A DNA stretch of 64,000 bases. Source: Macrostomum lignano. Its lineage: Eukaryota. The DNA lies in NCBI GenBank assembly GCA_002269645.1, contig NIVC01000641.1, positions 118,912-182,911 on the forward strand. The letters run 5' to 3'. The notes below the pieces were generated by a model. The model worked only from the letters and a program-made list of their open reading frames with translations, searched no databases and had not been told where the DNA came from. Shown here one piece after another: positions 60,125 through 64,000 of the stretch; positions within the stretch are counted from its first letter, which is position 1; every line of letters begins with the position of its first letter. The translations under genes and the position numbers were made by a program.

Positions 60125-60455
60125 TTAATTAGCCAAGTGCCAGTGTCCAAAGGGTAGCGAATTAATTGAACTTGTCCAGGATCGCTTCGTATCGAAGAAG
60201 CTTAGTGCAAGTTTTCTTTGTTGCATCAAAAAAAACTTTCTGTTTTCGAGAACGAATGGACTGCATGCGCGAAAACACAAGTTGTCGCTTGTGTAAGACT
60301 CTTAAATAGTCTTGATGCTTTAAACTGCTCTGTGCGGCTTTAGAAGCAGTACTGCTCCAGCTTTGCGACCGATTGAGACTGGAACTTTAAACGATTGCTG
60401 CTTAACCAGACCGGACCGGACTGGACCGGACCGGACTGGACCGGACTCCCCGCGC

Positions 60456-60487
<32 letters not shown>

Positions 60488-61221
60488 ACCACCACCGCCG
60501 CCACCACCACCACCACCACGCCGCCACCACCACCACTGCCGCCGCCCGCCCCCACACCACCGTGGGACGTATTTGTTGACAGTGTGCTTGCATGGCTTTT
60601 GCGATAAACGCAGAGCATCAAGTCTAGCTGCTCGATTGCTCTATATTGCCAATTACTACCTCGAGATTGAAAATTGTCAATTTTTATTAACAACTGATTA
60701 ATAACGCGTGCGAACCAGTCATTGTAGGCCTCGGGAGATAACAGCATGTCACTGTTTGCAATCGTCTCATCAAATGATATTGTCGCAATGTTGGTATTAA
60801 AATAGACCGAAATGATCTCTTCGCTGCTCGAGCCATCGTTGTCGTCTGCTGCTGTTTTCGGTCGAAATAGTGTCACTTTCAAGTGAAAGCAGACTCTTAT
60901 TAATAAACTGGGTGAGCCAATTTTTTCCAATATTTTAAATATTGGTTCTCTTAAAGACGCAATCAACTCGCCAGGAAGTAACTCGCCAGAGCTGTTGCCT
61001 TGTTGTTCAAGAGTGGGAGTAAATTCGACAAAATTTACCCGACCACGATGAGCTGACTCGCGCAAAGCGATGGACCACCCATCTGGTGGGTTTTCGATCA
61101 GGTTTTGCAGCGATCCGGTCAGTAATCGTTGCGGTGAAAAACAAGCACCATGCGAGTGAGCATGCAGCTCGGCTTGATTACTGAACTTTTTTCTGCAGAT
61201 TTGGCATTGTGCACGCGGCAT
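60125..61221 (-). pseudogene. pPolB: Protein-primed PolB, internally deleted (N-terminal domain 61221-~60565 plus C-terminal ~70 aa ~60345-60125)
   Basis: N-part has a C2H2 finger and DNFQSRGSNWQYRAIEQLDL. The C-part reads LKHQDYLRVL...IRSRKQKVFLMQQRKLALSFFDTKRSW...SLPFGHW* after removing one T from a T8 run (60228-60235). No exonuclease or palm motifs lie between them. Confidence 0.8.
60405..60562. repeat. GC-rich junction: (GGACC/GGACT)n pentamers plus (GCC)n/(ACC)n
   Basis: Sits exactly at the pPolB deletion junction inside AT-rich viral DNA. Confidence 0.85.
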
Positions 61222-61441
61222 TGTGTGCACCTAGCTCGACAACGAGCGTATCGAGCATAATATTAATAGATGATCCGGTTTGTCATTTGCGGCTGTAAGA
61301 AAAATGATGATTTGGTTAGTTATAGGTATAGCTGACACGTTTACTATTAGAGAAAACAATTGGTAAATAAATAAAAAAAGACAAAATGTTTGTAAAAGAA
61401 TGCATCGCAACTGCGATTTGACAGCAATTGTTTATGTTAAG

Positions 61442-62035
61442 TTAGTTATTAACAGAGATTAAAAAATCCTTGACATGGTTAAGAATATTATTCAATTCAT
61501 GAGTGTTTTGAACGCCCATAATAACAAACTTTTTCGAAAAAAATATGTTACAAAAAAGCCTTGGTTTTGATGCTGATCTAACAGAAACTGCTTGTGGGAA
61601 ATTTTCTGCATCGTATCCAACCAGATAATTCGAATAGTAGCCTGCATATCTTTTTAGACTAGAGAAACCGAATTTTGGCCAAAGATGACCAATAAAGCCG
61701 ACATAGGTACTGCTCTGAATTTTTACTGAATCAAAATCTACACAATTAATAGTGTCGTTGATAAATCGTAAACTGAGACTATCTGAGAATTTGATTTACA
61801 GCCATATATAGTTAGTTTTCCTGCTGGATAAAGTTGGATTTTAGCATTTGAATAAATTGTCTTTAGCATTGTTGGTCGGCTTAGGAATAGTTTGCAAAAC
61901 CGGTTTCTGGTCTGTAGCTTCTGTTTGGTCTGCTTTAAATCAAATTTTTCAAACGGGTGCAGCTTCAGACTCGCAGTAACTATTAATAGGACAAGTCGCT
62001 AAAACGGAAAATAAATAATAAGAAAAGTTAAACAT
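61442..62035 (-). CDS. TBP-fold (TATA-binding-protein-like) protein; 1-nt frameshift at ~61764; start unresolved
   Basis: Repeat 1: IVTASL..FDLKQ...AKIQLYPAGKLTIYGCKS. Repeat 2: KIQSS...YDAENFPQAVSVRSASKPRLFCNIFFSKKFVIMGVQN...ILNHV*. The span 61998-61442 is ~185 codons, the size of the TBP core. Confidence 0.72.
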
Positions 62036-62207
62036 GACTATACTATCGTAAATTCTAATATTAAATTACAAAACCTGGTTAGCGTACAAGGAGTAGCAAA
62101 AAATGTTTTGAGCTTTTCCCTAAAAATAATATTTCCCTAGCCAAAAATTTGATAAATATAGTGGAATAAGTTAGTTAAAACTTGGATAAAATTAGTCAAA
62201 AATTTTG

Positions 62208-63403
62208 TTACTCATCATCAGAGCTGCTGTACGAGTCGTCCGATGAAGACACGCTAGCTGTAGTAGCGTCCGCAGCAGCACGCTTTAAAAATGCTGTCTC
62301 CTTGGACGCTACCCTGGTTCCAGAGGCAGGTGTACTCACCAAGATCTTTGCTGGTGGAGCCTCCACCCAGTCTGTGCCATCTGCACCAGCTTCGGCAGAA
62401 TTGTTTTGCTGTTTTGCACCGCTGCGTTTTCGAACTTGCTTTTTAGGCGGCGGGTTCAATAGAGGCTGGCGCTGCATTCGATGTAGTCGACTTCTTCGAT
62501 ACGGTGGTGGTAGACCGACGCTTTGCAGGTGACTTGGCAGGTGTCACCTGGCTTGAATTCTGCAGGCTTTGTTCATTTGCTTCTTCTTGCTCACAGGTAG
62601 ATGTTGGGGACGGACTCCTGCTTCTAATTGCTGACTTGGTCGCGGGTAGGTGTGCAAGCACTCCCTTGAACATGTCGAGGCGCTGCAACATGTTGTCGGA
62701 AGATTCTATGAGTGTCAGAGAGCGCACAGCGAATGTAATGCGCAGACGAGGCAGCCTTTTGGACAATACAAGCTCGTTGCTTGCACTGTCATTTGGTAGG
62801 TACCGCTGACACCTTTGAAATCGGAAATGGACACCTCCTTCCCGTGTGGATGATCGTTGCTGATCCTGATTGTGGCACAAGGGTAAGCAGGCTTTATAGC
62901 CAGCCATTGTTGAGGCACAAACTCGAGGACGTCGTTAGCATGCTGATGAGCTGGTTTTGTTAGTCGTGCCAAGGGTCGAGCATCTTGAATCTCGTTCAAC
63001 TTGACCGATAGACCTTTTTCGACTTGACTGCAAAACATTATATAAATTATGAATATAGTTTCCTAAAATTAATTGTATAAATTTAATATGGTGCTCACCG
63101 GAGAGAGTGGAAGAGTTCCTTATCGCAGCTGTCTGGATGAAATTGGACACTTACTGCGTCGCGAGAGTCGTGTCTGCAAGACGGATGATCGAGCTCTGGC
63201 CTTTCTGCGATTCCACAAAAAGCTCCATTGGAGCCTTGGTTTGCAATATAATTGGGTACCATTTTGTACACTCGATTGATGTTTCCACGCAATAGATCGA
63301 AACTGGCAGGACGAACCAGTCGTGTTGTAGACTGCTCTCCAACGTAAAAAATCGGACTCGAGTCGGAGCGTACAATTGACTCCGTCTTGATGCAAGCTGC
63401 CAT
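62208..63403 (-). CDS. Hypothetical spliced protein, possibly OB-fold ssDNA-binding with acidic tail; 71-nt intron 63098-63028; two apparent frameshifts
   Basis: ATG at 63403; CG|GTGAGC...TTTTGCAG|T phase-2 join restores frame; beta-rich segment GTYQMTVQATSLY...RITFAVRSLTL; ends SSDDSYSSSDDE*. Confidence 0.4.
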
Positions 63404-64000
63404 GTCTTACAAGCAATTGAAATATAGTATTTCTTTTGCTGTAATGATTGAGCTCATGAAAAATTGACCATTTCGGGTCTTGTATTTATAGCAAGCATTG
63501 CATGCTTTTGAACTAGTAAACAAATTTAATTGTTGCGTGCTGATTAAGACATTGTTGCGTGCCAAAGTGGCATAAGTTTCTAGGGTGGTTGCATGATTAG
63601 TCTAATTTTACGCAAATGTAGGTTGATATTTTATACAATAAAATTAATGAATCTTAGGCACACTAGTTTAAAATTTGCAAGAGTAACACGATGGCAAGCG
63701 TTTAATAAGAAGACTGCTGGTTGCTGCTTCATTAGATTGTTTTGTTCTCAAGTAGAATGTAATTAAAATATTTTGCGACTTGAAAAAATTAGCAATCTTG
63801 GATTTTAGAGTAAAATAAGCTGCACGCGTGCTATGAAATTAATTTATTGAAGTTTTGCTTGCATGTTGGAATTTTTAGCTCGCACGGTGACAAGAGATTG
63901 CTTGAGTAACCTATATATAGAGTGTTACTTTTCAAACAGAAAAAGGTATAGTTGTAACTCAGCTTTTGCAGTCCTATATTGAGCAGAAGCTATATAGAGT

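Larger units (their letters stand above)
51729..64000 (-). mobile_element. Polinton/Maverick (adintovirus-like) element; right end outside window
   Basis: Starts with the AGTAGT terminal motif; candidate 6-bp TSD CAGACT (51723-51728); subterminal repeats (TTTGACACAAAGC, ACGCAA); complete core gene set on one strand. Confidence 0.93.

Noticed and set aside
61990-62215. Fusion of the 63403 gene and the TBP-like domain into one spliced protein
   Set aside because: It needs a weak internal exon and a 45-nt GTATAG intron. The simple donor/acceptor pairs give stops, so it is left unresolved and the two are treated as separate genes.

Overview
Eukaryotic (metazoan) genomic DNA. GC-rich exons, short C-rich acceptors and minisatellite-filled introns are consistent with a free-living flatworm such as Macrostomum (inference only). 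No CRISPR array, rRNA or true tRNA gene was seen. Host genes, in order: the 3' exons of an S6 kinase, a secreted PAN/Apple + C-type lectin, an EF-hand rhomboid protease, BOK, a small K2P channel, GPN2, a large K2P channel, and the 5' exons of an SLC1A transporter. Mobile DNA includes an intact 4.5-kb Mag-like Gypsy element inserted in a CORE-SINE, a decayed MULE-like transposase, SINEs and small inverted-repeat elements. From 51729 to the window end lies a Polinton/Maverick (adintovirus-like) element with all genes on the minus strand: protease, major capsid, pVI-like, integrase, pX-like, penton, ATPase, PLA2-like, dUTPase and an internally deleted pPolB. The most notable observations are two features missed by the ORF track. 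First, this element encodes a TBP-fold protein (61442-62035). Second, a TATAAG(C) motif sits upstream of most of its structural genes. Together these suggest an element-encoded transcription-initiation system. Several single-base homopolymer indels may be long-read errors, so pseudogene calls are provisional. All assignments are by eye; no searches were run.
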